A stretch of DNA of 64,000 nucleotides from Candidatus Krumholzibacteriia bacterium (GTDB lineage Bacteria; Krumholzibacteriota; Krumholzibacteriia; Krumholzibacteriales; Krumholzibacteriaceae). Positions within the stretch are counted from its first letter, which is position 1, and the number at the start of each line of letters is the position of its first letter. Positions 10,240 to 20,674 of this stretch are shown here, one piece after another. The stretch lies in NCBI GenBank assembly GCA_963836185.1, contig CAWIIQ010000003.1:160001-224000 (forward strand). The letters run 5' to 3'. The notes under the pieces were generated by a model. The model had not been told where the DNA came from and ran no database searches. It worked only from the letters and a program-made list of their open reading frames with translations. A program made the translations under genes and the position numbers.

Positions 10240-11289
10240 ATGCAGTTTATCGACTCGACAAACTTCGAGCGGTTGCTTAAAAAACTCTCCGGCGAGGGAG
10301 AGCTTTTTGTGCCCGTCAAGGAAGAAGACACCGGAAAACTTCATATTGAGCGCGTCGAGGCCTTTCCTCTTCCCGAAGGGATGAGTGTCGAAGGCTTTCG
10401 TACGGTCGAGACACTGAAGGGATTCGCTCAGCTGCTGCGTTCGACAGTCGCCGAGTATCCCGCAGAGGAACTCGATGAGCTAGAAGCCGGTGAAAACGCG
10501 CCTTCACATATAGTGGTCGGCGCGAGGGCCTGCGACGTCGCAGCCATGGAGCTGGTCGACAAGGTGCAGGTCGAAGGAGAGTTCGAAGACCCGTTCTACC
10601 GGATCCGCAGGGAGAAGATGTTCACGATAGCCGCCGATTGTACAGACTGCGGAGATTCGTGCTTCTGCGACCTGCTGGGCAAGAGGCCGTGGCCGGAGAA
10701 GGGTTATGACCTGTCGATCTCAAAGGTTGACGCGGGGTATCTCGTCGAGACGGGATCGGAACGCGGCGAGAAAGTAGTCTCTGAAAACGGGGACCTTTTC
10801 ACCGCTCCTCGCGAGGGACAGGAGAAATCGAGAGATGACGCGCGGATGAAGGTCGTCGCGAAGCTGAAGGAAAACAACAAGGATTTCCCCGACGCCACAA
10901 AGGTGACCGAGCCCCTCAGGGCGGCGCTTTCCGACGGGCTCTGGGAAGAAGAGTCGGCCAGGTGCGTGGAGTGCGGCGCCTGTACAAATATCTGCCCGAC
11001 CTGCTATTGCTTCCTCCTGTACGATACCGTCGAGGGAGAGAAGTTCAGGCGGGTGATGTCCTGGGACAGCTGCCAGGTGACCGGATACGCGAGAATGGCC
11101 GGTATGGGCAACCCGAGGCCCCGCCTCGGCGACCGCGTGAAGCACCGTTTTTATCACAAGTATGATTATCTGCCCGTCAGTCATGGCGAGATCTTCTGTA
11201 CCGGCTGTGGCAGGTGCATCGACACCTGCAGCGCCGGGATAGACATGCGGGCAGTGTTCAAGAATGTAATGAGCAAGGCAGCCAAGTAA
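10240..11289 (+). CDS. 4Fe-4S dicluster protein, AsrA / sulfhydrogenase beta-like
   Basis: GARACD, CGDSCFC, CVECGACTNICPTCYCF, WDSC, CTGCGRCIDTC. Confidence 0.88.
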   Translation: MQFIDSTNFERLLKKLSGEGELFVPVKEEDTGKLHIERVEAFPLPEGMSVEGFRTVETLKGFAQLLRSTVAEYPAEELDELEAGENAPSHIVVGARACDVAAMELVDKVQVEGEFEDPFYRIRREKMFTIAADCTDCGDSCFCDLLGKRPWPEKGYDLSISKVDAGYLVETGSERGEKVVSENGDLFTAPREGQEKSRDDARMKVVAKLKENNKDFPDATKVTEPLRAALSDGLWEEESARCVECGACTNICPTCYCFLLYDTVEGEKFRRVMSWDSCQVTGYARMAGMGNPRPRLGDRVKHRFYHKYDYLPVSHGEIFCTGCGRCIDTCSAGIDMRAVFKNVMSKAAK

Positions 11290-11302
11290 GGGAGCTGTTG
11301 GG

Positions 11303-12130
11303 ATGAAGAATCCGTATTATCCCATCGATACCGTTGTCGAAGATGTCATAACGGAGACCCCGACGATCAAGACGTTCGTCCTCAAGCCGGTAAGGCCGAT
11401 CCAGTTCAAGGCCGGCCAGTTCATGCAGCTTACCGTCCCCGGAGTAGGCGAGGCGCCGTTCACGCCCAGCTCCGACCCGAACATAACCGAGAGGATGGAG
11501 ATAACCATTCTCAAGACGGGAAAGGTGACGGACGCTCTGCACGATCTCGGGCCCGGCGCGAAGGTCGGGCTGAGAGGGCCGTTCGGAAAGGGATATCCGC
11601 TCGACAAACTCGTGGGCAAGGATGTCCTCGTGGTAGGGGGCGGCGTGGGCCTTGCCCCTATGAGGGCGCTGCTCTACGGTCTCTTCGCCGACCCGTCGAA
11701 GTACAGAAAGATCGTCATAAAGTTCGGCGCCAGGGAACCGGCGGAGCTGAGCTTCCGCAGGCAGTATGACGAGTGGCGTGCGCTGGCGGGAAACATATCG
11801 CTTGAGACCACGATCGATATCCCTCATCCCGACTGGACGGGGCATGTCGGCCTGGTGACGACACTGCTCGATCCCGGCAAGCTCGAGGGGATCGACATAA
11901 CCGACAGCTTTGCCCTCTCGTGCGGCCCCGAGATCATGCTCAAGTTCGTCACCCTGAAACTTCTCGAGATCGGTTACAAGCCCCCGCAGATATACCTTTC
12001 GATGAACAGGAAGATGTCCTGCGGCATGGGCAAGTGCGGACGTTGTAACGTCGGCCACTATTATCTGTGCGTCGACGGTCCAGATATGTGTTACGACAAG
12101 ATCAAGCACGTTCCGAACGTGTTCGGCTAG
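11303..12130 (+). CDS. FAD/NAD(P)-binding 2Fe-2S subunit, AsrB / sulfhydrogenase gamma-like
   Basis: AGQFMQL, GEAPF, RGPFGKGYP, GGGVGLAP, CGPEIM, MSCGMGKCGRC. Confidence 0.9.
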   Translation: MKNPYYPIDTVVEDVITETPTIKTFVLKPVRPIQFKAGQFMQLTVPGVGEAPFTPSSDPNITERMEITILKTGKVTDALHDLGPGAKVGLRGPFGKGYPLDKLVGKDVLVVGGGVGLAPMRALLYGLFADPSKYRKIVIKFGAREPAELSFRRQYDEWRALAGNISLETTIDIPHPDWTGHVGLVTTLLDPGKLEGIDITDSFALSCGPEIMLKFVTLKLLEIGYKPPQIYLSMNRKMSCGMGKCGRCNVGHYYLCVDGPDMCYDKIKHVPNVFG

Positions 12131-12180
12131 TTCACTTGTGGTTTGGGCACGCATCGGCGGCCCGGGAAGAAAAGCAGTCT

Positions 12181-13968
12181 ATGAGTGAAATACGCAGCAA
12201 CTGTTCGATCTGCTCCCTCGCCTGTCCTCTGATACTCAGGGGCGGCGGCAGGAGCCCGATCTTCACGAACGAATCGGTCCTTTCGCTGGACTGGGACGAT
12301 AGTGAGGATTCAAAGTACGGCGGAAGCCTTTGTGCCCGCGGGGCGGCGATGGTTGAACTCATCTCCCATCCCGACAGGCTCAACTACCCGTTCGTTCTCG
12401 GAGAGAGGACCTCGTACGAGGCCGCCGTCAAAGACGCGGCGAAGAATCTCTCTGCCGTAAAGGGCGAAGCCGGCGGTGACGCCATCGGCGTTCTGCTCGG
12501 CGACAGCCTGACGAACGAGGAGGCGGCGCTGGCGCTGAAATTCGCCCGAGAGGTGATCGGCACCGAAAACATCGCCCTCATGGCCCCCGACGATGTCCCG
12601 CTCTTCAGGGCGTGGACGGGGATCGACCTTTCCGGCCTCACTCCCGCCGGGCAGAAGCCCGCTGGCGAGAGGCAGGTCTTCCTGCTCGTCGGAGATCCAT
12701 TCACCGAACATCCATGCACGGCAAAGGCCGTAGCGGCGGGCAAGTTCGGCGGCAGGGGGAACGAGGTTATCACTGTCAGCCCCGAGAAGAACCACTCGGC
12801 GTGGTTTGCCAACAGGCATCTCGCCTGCAGGCCCGGAGGCGAACCGGCGGTCCTTGCAGGACTGCTCAAGGCGGCGGCCGCGAAGAGCGGCGCGCAGCTG
12901 CCCGGTGAACTCGGCAAGCTGGCCAGTGCCATTGACTGGAATGAGATAGAGCGTCTCGGCGGCGTCTCGAAAGATGATATCGAGGGCGCGGCAGCTTCGA
13001 TGCTGGGAGCCGCCACTGTCGAGACTCACGTTTCGAATATATTCGGACGCTTCGGAGCGCCCGGCATCGTAGCGGTCCTGGCCGAAGCGGTCACCCGGAT
13101 CTGCCCCGGTGAAAGTCTTTTTGACGCCCAGTTCGTTCAGCAGAACACATGGGGGATCTGGTCCGTACTCGCGGGCGCGGGAATGGGCAAGACCCTGGCG
13201 AACATCGCTTCGGGCGGAGTGCAGGCTTTCATCCTTCTCGGGATAGACCCGTTCTCGGTCTTCCCCGCCGCTCCGGTGGAGAAGGCCCTTCGCGACAGCA
13301 AGTTCACCGTAGCCACGCAGCTCTTCCGGGGAGCGGCCGCATCAGGCGCCAATGTCGTCATACCGGCGGCGACCCTTGTCGAGAAGAAAGGCACGGTATC
13401 GCCCTCGTTCGACGAGGATATCGTCCGCGAGAGTACGATAGACCCGATAGCAGGGGCGGTCACGGACGGACAGTTCCTTACCGACCTGGCCAGGGAGATG
13501 GGAGCGAGGCTTGAAGGCGCTGCCGTCGAGAGAAAGACCGGAAGGACAGGAGCCGGAGAGAGCCTCGTCGCTGACTGGGCTGGTTACACGGCGGATATGA
13601 AGAGTCTGGAAAACGCGGACACAGTCTTGATTCCATGGAGCGAGGCGGTACATGCCGCGGACGGATCGATCAGCAGGAACCTCTTCTGGTCAAAGGTCAC
13701 CTGCCCCGAGCCGGAATTGATGGTCTCCATGCAGATAGCTGAAGAAATGAACCTTCGTGACGGTGACCTCCTGAAGATCACCTCCGAGGGCGGAGAGGCC
13801 GTTATACCGGCCACGATAACGGGTAAGCTCGAGGGAAGGACCGTCGCTGCGACGATACACTTCCCCTCGGTCCGCAAGCTGTTCCCGTGGAAACTGGATG
13901 AACGTCACGGAGAGATAAGCCTGGCCCCGGTCGCGGTGACCCTGGGCAGGCAAAGCGAGAAGAGCTGA
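12181..13968 (+). CDS. Molybdopterin-oxidoreductase-fold (Fdh/NuoG-like) subunit lacking the Mo-ligand Cys
   Basis: N-terminal CSICSLAC...LCARG 4Fe-4S motif, HPDRL, TNEE...KFAREVIGTEN, and a C-terminal MGD dinucleotide-binding-like domain. Confidence 0.75.
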   Translation: MSEIRSNCSICSLACPLILRGGGRSPIFTNESVLSLDWDDSEDSKYGGSLCARGAAMVELISHPDRLNYPFVLGERTSYEAAVKDAAKNLSAVKGEAGGDAIGVLLGDSLTNEEAALALKFAREVIGTENIALMAPDDVPLFRAWTGIDLSGLTPAGQKPAGERQVFLLVGDPFTEHPCTAKAVAAGKFGGRGNEVITVSPEKNHSAWFANRHLACRPGGEPAVLAGLLKAAAAKSGAQLPGELGKLASAIDWNEIERLGGVSKDDIEGAAASMLGAATVETHVSNIFGRFGAPGIVAVLAEAVTRICPGESLFDAQFVQQNTWGIWSVLAGAGMGKTLANIASGGVQAFILLGIDPFSVFPAAPVEKALRDSKFTVATQLFRGAAASGANVVIPAATLVEKKGTVSPSFDEDIVRESTIDPIAGAVTDGQFLTDLAREMGARLEGAAVERKTGRTGAGESLVADWAGYTADMKSLENADTVLIPWSEAVHAADGSISRNLFWSKVTCPEPELMVSMQIAEEMNLRDGDLLKITSEGGEAVIPATITGKLEGRTVAATIHFPSVRKLFPWKLDERHGEISLAPVAVTLGRQSEKS

Positions 13969-13972
13969 GGTT

Positions 13973-14452
13973 ATGGAGAAGAGAATCTATATCAACATGA
14001 ACCTGTGCACCGGGTGCCGCGCATGCGCTGCCGCCTGCGCCCAGGGACACCATGACCAGGGACTGCTCAAGCACGGAGCCGTGGAAGAGGTCGCCCTCAT
14101 GCCTCTCCACTGCAGGCACTGCGACACGCCGCTCTGTCTCGAGGTATGTCCCCAGGACGCGATCCAAAAAGACGACGACGGCACGATCATACGCAAGAGC
14201 CAGCTCTGCATCGGCTGCAAGTCGTGTATCATGTCCTGCCCGTTCGGTGTGATGTTCATGCATTCGACATGGCACGTGTCGCCGAAATGCGACCTCTGCT
14301 ATGATCGGCTGGAAGAGGGAAAGCAGCCGCGCTGCGTCGCGACATGTACGTCGGGGGCTCTCGTATTCGAGGAGCTTACCGACCTGGAGAAGAAACACAG
14401 GCACGCCGCTGAAGGCGGGCGTTATTTCGCCCGCTGGATGCTGGAGCGTTAG
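13973..14452 (+). CDS. 4Fe-4S electron-transfer subunit (HycB/CooF/FdhB-like)
   Basis: CTGCRACAAAC, CRHCDTPLCLEVCP, CIGCKSCIMSCP, KCDLC...PRCVATC. Confidence 0.9.
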   Translation: MEKRIYINMNLCTGCRACAAACAQGHHDQGLLKHGAVEEVALMPLHCRHCDTPLCLEVCPQDAIQKDDDGTIIRKSQLCIGCKSCIMSCPFGVMFMHSTWHVSPKCDLCYDRLEEGKQPRCVATCTSGALVFEELTDLEKKHRHAAEGGRYFARWMLER

Positions 14453-14464
14453 CGGAGAGGACCT

Positions 14465-15398
14465 ATGGACGCTGCGAAATATCTGCTCAACTTTCTGATA
14501 TTTCCCGGGTTCCTTTTCACGGCGGTCGTCGGCCTTCTGACGACGTGGGTGGACCGGAAGGTCACCGCGCGGGTACACTGGAGGGTCGGCCCTCCCTGGT
14601 ACCAGCCTTTTGCCGATACCGTGAAACTGCTCGGGAAGGAAGTCATAGTCCCCGCGGGGGCAAAGTCGACCGGATTCCTCATCGCCCCGGTCATCGGCCT
14701 CGCCGGCGCCACTCTGGCATCGACGATCCTGTGGATGACAAACCTCTATCCCACGTCGTCGTTCGTCGGCGACTCGATAGTAGTCCTCTACATAATGACG
14801 ATCCCCGCCGATCTCGATGATCATCGGGGCGAGCGCATCGGGCAACCCGCTGGGAATACTCGGCGCGGCCCGCGAGATGAAACTGCTCTTCGCGTACGAG
14901 CTTCCTCTGGTGCTCGCGATGCTGACGACGGTATACAAGGTCGGCAGCTTCTCCATCGAGGAGATAGTGAGCTTCCAGTCCTCCAACGGGGTCATGCTGG
15001 GAAGCTTCTCGGGAGTCATAGCGTTCATCGTCGCGATATTCTGCGCTCAGGCGAAATGCACGCTGCTTCCTTTCGATATTCCCGAGGCGGAGACGGAGCT
15101 GGCGGGAGGCTCTCACATCGAGTATTCCGGGGCGCCGCTTGCCGTCGTGAGGCTGAATATGGGCATCATGTTCTTCGTCGTGCCGGTATTCATCATCACG
15201 ATGTTCTGGGGCGGAGTATCCCTGGAAGGCTGGAGGATCCTCACGACGATCCTCAAGTATGTGGCGATCGTAACAATAATGGTCCTTATAAAGAACACGA
15301 ATCCCAGGGTGAGGATCGACCAGGCGGTGCGGTTCTTCTGGGGTCCGATGCTCGTACTTTCGATTATCGCAATGATCCTGGCGGTGCTGGGGTACTAG
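14465..15398 (+). CDS. NuoH/MbhM-like membrane subunit (frameshift near 14810)
   Basis: DRKVTARVHWRVGPPWYQPFADTVKLLGKE in the first frame; GAAREM...YE and PFDIPEAETEL..G.HIEYSG in the second. Confidence 0.88.
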
Positions 15399-15416
15399 AC
15401 GGCGGAGGCTCTTTAA

Positions 15417-15830
15417 ATGTCACTGGCGCTGAAAGCTTTAAAGAAATCGCCCTGGGTCTTTCACGTGAACACCGGCGCGTGCAACAACTGCGACATCGAG
15501 GTCCTCGATTGCCTGACGCCGAGGTTCGATGTCGAGAGATTCGGTATCGTTCTCGTGGGCAGCATAAGGCACGCAGACGTACTGCTTGTCAGCGGTCCGG
15601 TCACGCGCAACGTCCTGCCCCGGCTGAAGAGGCTGTACGAACAGGCGCCGAAACCGATAAAGGTGATCGTGCTCGGTGCTTGCGGATGCCGCTGCGGCAT
15701 CTTCCGCGACGGATACAATATCATCGGGCCGGCAGACAAGTTCATACCGGTCGACGCGTATGTCCCCGGCTGTCCCCCCAAGCCGGAAACGATCATAGCG
15801 GGGGTAGTAAAGGTTCTTGGAACACTCTAG
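15417..15830 (+). CDS. Group 4 [NiFe]-hydrogenase small subunit (NuoB/MbhJ-like)
   Basis: GACNNCDIE, RHADVLLVSG, GAC, VPGCPP. Confidence 0.92.
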   Translation: MSLALKALKKSPWVFHVNTGACNNCDIEVLDCLTPRFDVERFGIVLVGSIRHADVLLVSGPVTRNVLPRLKRLYEQAPKPIKVIVLGACGCRCGIFRDGYNIIGPADKFIPVDAYVPGCPPKPETIIAGVVKVLGTL

Positions 15831-15858
15831 GGATGACGAACACGGGGAAACAGGAAAT

Positions 15859-16380
15859 ATGGAACGGGAAGAAGTAAAGAAAAGAATCGCGGAGAAGTTC
15901 GGCGGCAAGGTAGAGATAGCCGACCGGTCGGAGAAGAGGGTCTATATATACGCGGAGAACGAGATCTGGGTCGATCTCGCCTCGTTCCTCTTCAACGATC
16001 TCGATGCCAGGTTCGATACGGGCGTCGGTATCGATGACCGCGACGGCGTCGAGGTCATGATGTTTTTCCCCTTCGACAAAGAACATTATTTCGTGACGAT
16101 CAAGACCTTCGCGAAGAAGCCGCATCCCGAGCTCGATTCGATCTCGCCGGTCATCCCCGGAGCGAAATGGATCGAGCGTGAGATATGGGAGATGTTCGAG
16201 GTCAACTTCCGGAACCATCCCGACCTCAGGCCGGTACTGAGGTCCGACACGAGGCCCGTTGACTTCTATCCCCAGAAGAGGGAGAACAAGACCAAGCACG
16301 AGATGTCCCGGAACAAGCTCGATGGCCAGGAAAGGGCCGACGAGGTTGCGGGAAGGCCCGAAAAGGGGAAGAACCCGTAG
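15859..16380 (+). CDS. NuoC/MbhK-like subunit
   Basis: SISPVIPGAKWIEREIWEMFEVNFRNHPDLR. Confidence 0.88.
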   Translation: MEREEVKKRIAEKFGGKVEIADRSEKRVYIYAENEIWVDLASFLFNDLDARFDTGVGIDDRDGVEVMMFFPFDKEHYFVTIKTFAKKPHPELDSISPVIPGAKWIEREIWEMFEVNFRNHPDLRPVLRSDTRPVDFYPQKRENKTKHEMSRNKLDGQERADEVAGRPEKGKNP

Positions 16381-16426
16381 ATGATTTTCAGGCCGCAAGG
16401 CTGTGTTGATAAAGAGGTGAACAGAA

Positions 16427-17632
16427 ATGGTTAAAAAGATCCCGATCGGCCCGTTTCACCCGATTCTCGAGGAGCCCGAATTCTTCGAGCTCCACGTCGA
16501 CGGGGAAAACGTGGTCGATATCGACATGACGATCGGCTGGAGCCACAGGGGGATCGAGATCCTGTCCGAGTCGAAGACCTGGGACCAGGTTCCCTTCCTC
16601 GTGGAGAGGGTCTGCGGCATCTGTTCCTGCTCCCATCCGTACGCCTATGTCAAGGCGGTCGAGGATCTTCTGCAGGTCGAGATCCCGAAGCGCGCCCAGT
16701 ACCTGAGGATCATCACCGCCGAGCTCGAGAGGCTGCACAGCCACCTGCTCTGGACCGGGCTTGCCGGCCATTTCATCGGCTACAACACGGTCTTCATGTG
16801 GTGCTGGAAATACCGCGAGCCCCTTCTCGACGTTCTCGAGGCTGTTACGGGAAACAGGAACCATTACGCGATGATGCGCATCGGCGGCGTCAGGCGCGAC
16901 ATCCCGGCGACGGAATTCGGGATGGTCCGTGAGCTGCTCGACTTCATCTGGAAGAAGAACGACATGCTCACCAACGCGATCATCGACGATCCCGTGATTC
17001 ACGCCAGGACGAAGACTGTCGGCATCTTCAACAAGGACCAGTGCCGTCTCTACGGCGCCCTCGGGCCGACGGCGAGGGCCGGCGGATACAATATCGATGC
17101 CAGGCGCGATCATCCGATCGATGCTTACGGCGAACTCGATTTTAACGTCATCGTCTGTGAGAACGGCGATGTCTTCGACAAGGCTGTCGTAAGGCAGCTC
17201 GAGAACTTCGAATCGATAAAGATCATCAGGCAGTGCCTCGACAAGCTCGAGGAGATGGGCCCGATGAAGGACGACAGCGAGCTCTGCATGGAGATCGGCG
17301 AGGTGCCGCCCGGCGAGGGCATCGGGGTATACGAGGCCCCGCGCGGCGAGGTGCTTCACTACATACGCTCGAACGGCGGGAATATGCCGATGAGGCATAA
17401 GATCCGGGCCCCGAGTTTCAACAACATCCTCACGAACGAGGCGAGCGTGCCGGGCAATACGGTGGCGGATGCCGGCCTTATAACGGCGGCAGTCGATCCC
17501 TGTTACTCGTGCACCGAGCGCGTCGGGCGCATGGATGTGAATTCCGGAGAGAGGTATCTTCTTTCCGAGGGAGACCTGATAAGGATGTCGGCGGAGAAGA
17601 CCGAAGAGATCCGCAGACAGCTCGAATTGTAA
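16427..17632 (+). CDS. Group 4 [NiFe]-hydrogenase large subunit with cleavable C-terminal extension
   Basis: IGPFHP, HRGIE, L1 motif ERVCGICSCSH, EAPRGE, L2 motif DPCYSCTER followed by a ~36-aa tail. Confidence 0.95.
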   Translation: MVKKIPIGPFHPILEEPEFFELHVDGENVVDIDMTIGWSHRGIEILSESKTWDQVPFLVERVCGICSCSHPYAYVKAVEDLLQVEIPKRAQYLRIITAELERLHSHLLWTGLAGHFIGYNTVFMWCWKYREPLLDVLEAVTGNRNHYAMMRIGGVRRDIPATEFGMVRELLDFIWKKNDMLTNAIIDDPVIHARTKTVGIFNKDQCRLYGALGPTARAGGYNIDARRDHPIDAYGELDFNVIVCENGDVFDKAVVRQLENFESIKIIRQCLDKLEEMGPMKDDSELCMEIGEVPPGEGIGVYEAPRGEVLHYIRSNGGNMPMRHKIRAPSFNNILTNEASVPGNTVADAGLITAAVDPCYSCTERVGRMDVNSGERYLLSEGDLIRMSAEKTEEIRRQLEL

Positions 17633-17665
17633 CGTAACACTTATACGCGTAGCGGAGTTGAACGC

Positions 17666-19543
17666 ATGCATGAACTTCTGTACGTAATCGTAATGCCGGC
17701 AGCGATGGGCGTCCTCACTCTCTTCTTTCCGAAGAAAGCAAGGTTGCCAGCCGGACTGATCGCCCTCCTGGCCGCTGCCTGGATGTTCGTGAAGACCATT
17801 CAGATCTTCGCGCAGGAAGGGGCCATCGGCCCGTACGCGAAGACCGTTTTCACGATCGGGGATGTCTTCCAGTTCGATTTCGCCCTGAAGCTCTCCAGCT
17901 TCAACGCGTTTGTGCTTCTGTTCATAGCGCTGTTCGGCGTTCTGATAATACTCTATTCGATAGGATACTGGTTCAAGGACAGGGCGACACCGGGGATCTA
18001 CTATTCGTACATCCTCTGGACGCTCGCGGGCGCGGCGGCCGCTGTGCTTTCCGACAACCTTCTTCTGCTTCTCGTGTCCTGGGAGGTCCTGACGCTGCTT
18101 CTCTACCTCCTCGTCAACATGGGCGGTGAGGGAGCCGAGACGGCGGCGCAGAAATGCTTCACGATCCTCGGGTTCAGCGACGCGGCTATGTTCCTCGGCG
18201 TAATCATCATCTGGATGGTCTACGGGACACTCTCGATCTCGGCGCTTGCTATCTCAACGGGCACGACGACAGGCGTGATAGCGTTCCTGCTCCTCTTTAT
18301 CGGGGCCATTGCGAAGGCCGGGGCCATGCCCCTGCACTCATGGGTGCCGGCGATAGCGAAATCCACGCCAGCTCCCGTGATGGCTTTCCTGCCCGCTGCG
18401 CTGGACAAGCTTCTCGGAATCTACCTGCTCGCGAGGATATCGCTCGACATATTCGCGATCAGGCCGGGATCGGGCCTTTCGCTCATGATGATGATCGTTG
18501 GAGGGGTGACGATACTGTTCGCCGTTCTAATGGCCCTCGTGCAGCATGATCTTAAAAAGCTTCTTTCTTTCCACGCTGTCAGCCAGGTGGGATACATGGT
18601 CCTCGGCGTTGGAAGCGGAATCCCTGTCGCCATCGTCGGCGGGCTGTTCCATATGCTCAACAATGCCATATACAAGAGCGGGCTCTTCCTTGCCGCCGGG
18701 GCTATAGAGAAGAAGGCCGGGACGACCGACCTCGGTCAGCTCGGAGGCCTGGCGAAACTGATGCCCGTCACATTCCTGACGACTGTGGTGGCGGCTCTGT
18801 CGATCTCCGGCGTACCGCCGTTCAACGGGTTTGTATCGAAATGGCTCGTTTACCAGGGAATGCTCGAGGGGCCCAGCTACAATATCATTTTCCTCGTGGT
18901 GGCCGTGTTCGGAAGCGCCCTGACGCTGGCTTCATTCGTCAAGGTGCTTCACTCCGTATTCCTCGGAAGGCGCCAGGAGAAATTCGACGGCGTGCGCGAG
19001 GCCGGATTTACGATGCAGGTCCCGATGATATTCCTCGCGATCCTCTGTATCGTATTCGGGATCTACGCACAGCTTCCGCTCGGTGAGTTCATCACCCCGA
19101 GCGTAGCGGCAGCGACAGGCGTCACCGTGGAAGAGATGACGGTGATCACCGCATCCGGCTACTGGAACCCGGTGGCGGCGACAGTGCTTATGGCTGTAGG
19201 GATCGTCGTAGGGCTGATCATTTACGCCTTCGGCCAGACAAAACGTGTACGTATAGACGAAAACGTGTGGGTCGGCGGAAACATCCTTGATAACGAAGAG
19301 ATGAGGATTCCCGGCACGCATTTCTATAAGACTGTGACTGATGACCTGTACCCCGCCTATTCGGCGCTGTTCAGGGACGGGCAGACCGGTGCCATGGATG
19401 CATACAACATCTGGGGCAAGCTAGGCTCCAACATCGTCCAGGTGCTCAGCCGGCTTCACAATGGTATTCTGTCGACGTATCTCTCCTGGACCATAATAGG
19501 CCTGGGAGCGCTTACATTCGTTTTGATGTTTTTCGCCTTGTAG
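17666..19543 (+). CDS. Proton-conducting antiporter-like subunit (NuoL/MrpA/HyfB-like)
   Basis: SWEVLT, KAGAMPLHSWVP, KKLLSFHAVSQVGY, GVPPFNGFVSKW; many TM helices. Confidence 0.9.
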   Translation: MHELLYVIVMPAAMGVLTLFFPKKARLPAGLIALLAAAWMFVKTIQIFAQEGAIGPYAKTVFTIGDVFQFDFALKLSSFNAFVLLFIALFGVLIILYSIGYWFKDRATPGIYYSYILWTLAGAAAAVLSDNLLLLLVSWEVLTLLLYLLVNMGGEGAETAAQKCFTILGFSDAAMFLGVIIIWMVYGTLSISALAISTGTTTGVIAFLLLFIGAIAKAGAMPLHSWVPAIAKSTPAPVMAFLPAALDKLLGIYLLARISLDIFAIRPGSGLSLMMMIVGGVTILFAVLMALVQHDLKKLLSFHAVSQVGYMVLGVGSGIPVAIVGGLFHMLNNAIYKSGLFLAAGAIEKKAGTTDLGQLGGLAKLMPVTFLTTVVAALSISGVPPFNGFVSKWLVYQGMLEGPSYNIIFLVVAVFGSALTLASFVKVLHSVFLGRRQEKFDGVREAGFTMQVPMIFLAILCIVFGIYAQLPLGEFITPSVAAATGVTVEEMTVITASGYWNPVAATVLMAVGIVVGLIIYAFGQTKRVRIDENVWVGGNILDNEEMRIPGTHFYKTVTDDLYPAYSALFRDGQTGAMDAYNIWGKLGSNIVQVLSRLHNGILSTYLSWTIIGLGALTFVLMFFAL

Positions 19544-19569
19544 CAAACAAAGAGGGAAAGGTATAACGG

Positions 19570-20163
19570 ATGGAGATCATTCTCCTTTTTCTGATGGTAT
19601 TCATGATAATCGGATCGATTATCGCGATCGAGACGAAGAACCTGCTTTCTTCGGTCATCTCGGTCGGCGTTGTCGGGTTCAGTCTCAGTATCATCTTCCT
19701 GATGCTTGGGGCGCCGGACATCGCGATTACACAGGTCGTGGTCGAGATCCTCATCCTTGTCGTTCTTATCAGGGCGACGGTAACGACGGACAATACCGCC
19801 ATTGAAGGCGCAAGGGATACATTCCCGTTCGTTTCGAGCCTTATATTTTTCGGGCTGTTTCTTATGTTCGCCTTTTTCGCCGTCCAGGAGCTCCCGAAGT
19901 TCGGCGAGCCCCTGATGCGTGTATCAAAGGAATATCTCAGAACGGGCACCGAGAAGACGGGCGCGACGAATATCGTGACAGCCATTCTCCTCGATTTCAG
20001 GGGTTACGATACCCTCGGCGAGGCGACGGTTCTTTTCACGTCGATAGTCGGCGCCTTCGTCATCCTCAGGAGAAAGGGCCGGAAGGGCAAGGGAGAGGTC
20101 GACAAGGAAAAATTCGGAATACTCGAGGACGAGGATATCAAGCAGAACTTCGAGGGGTTCTAG
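19570..20163 (+). CDS. MbhD/MbhE-like fusion (DUF4040 + Mrp B-related)
   Basis: APDIAITQ and NIVTAILLDFRGYDTLGEATVLF. Confidence 0.85.
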   Translation: MEIILLFLMVFMIIGSIIAIETKNLLSSVISVGVVGFSLSIIFLMLGAPDIAITQVVVEILILVVLIRATVTTDNTAIEGARDTFPFVSSLIFFGLFLMFAFFAVQELPKFGEPLMRVSKEYLRTGTEKTGATNIVTAILLDFRGYDTLGEATVLFTSIVGAFVILRRKGRKGKGEVDKEKFGILEDEDIKQNFEGF

Positions 20164-20173
20164 GGAGCGCTAA

Positions 20174-20671
20174 ATGGACAGACTCGAACAGGAAATCAAG
20201 GATACCAGCAAGGGGATGACCCCGATAGTCAAGACTATCGTAAGGTTTGTGATCGGGATCATCATCATTTTCGGGGCATATATCGTCCTGTACGGACACC
20301 TTACCCCGGGCGGCGGCTTCGCCGGCGGCGTGATCCTCGCCTCGGCCTATGTGCTCCTTACGCTGGCCTTCGGCAAGGAAATGGGCCTGAGCAAGATGAG
20401 CAACACAGGGGCCTCGCTTCTCGATAACTCGGGTGCGCTGGCGTTTGTGATCATTGGGCTGCTGGGATATACCGGCGGGTACTTTTTCCTGAACTTCCTG
20501 CCGCGGGGAGAGACGTTCCAGCTGTTCAGCGCTGGATCGATACCCCTGGCGAATATAGCAATAGGCGTGAAGGTGACAGCGTCGGTCTTCGCGATATTTA
20601 TGGCCCTCTCGATCTTCGGAAGGTTCATATACAAGGCAGCCGAAGGCGATGAGCTGGAAAGCGAGGAATAA
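20174..20671 (+). CDS. mnhB: Mrp antiporter subunit B (MbhF-like)
   Basis: YGHLTPGGGFAGG motif. Confidence 0.88.
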   Translation: MDRLEQEIKDTSKGMTPIVKTIVRFVIGIIIIFGAYIVLYGHLTPGGGFAGGVILASAYVLLTLAFGKEMGLSKMSNTGASLLDNSGALAFVIIGLLGYTGGYFFLNFLPRGETFQLFSAGSIPLANIAIGVKVTASVFAIFMALSIFGRFIYKAAEGDELESEE

Positions 20672-20674
20672 CGG

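Noticed and set aside
10240-12130. Anaerobic sulfite reductase (asrABC)
   Set aside because: No siroheme AsrC subunit; the genes lead directly into the hydrogenase operon.
16427-17632. Possible Mbx/Mbs or complex I NuoD, or a [NiFeSe] enzyme
   Set aside because: All four Ni-ligating residues are Cys codons and a maturation protease is adjacent, so this is a standard [NiFe] large subunit.
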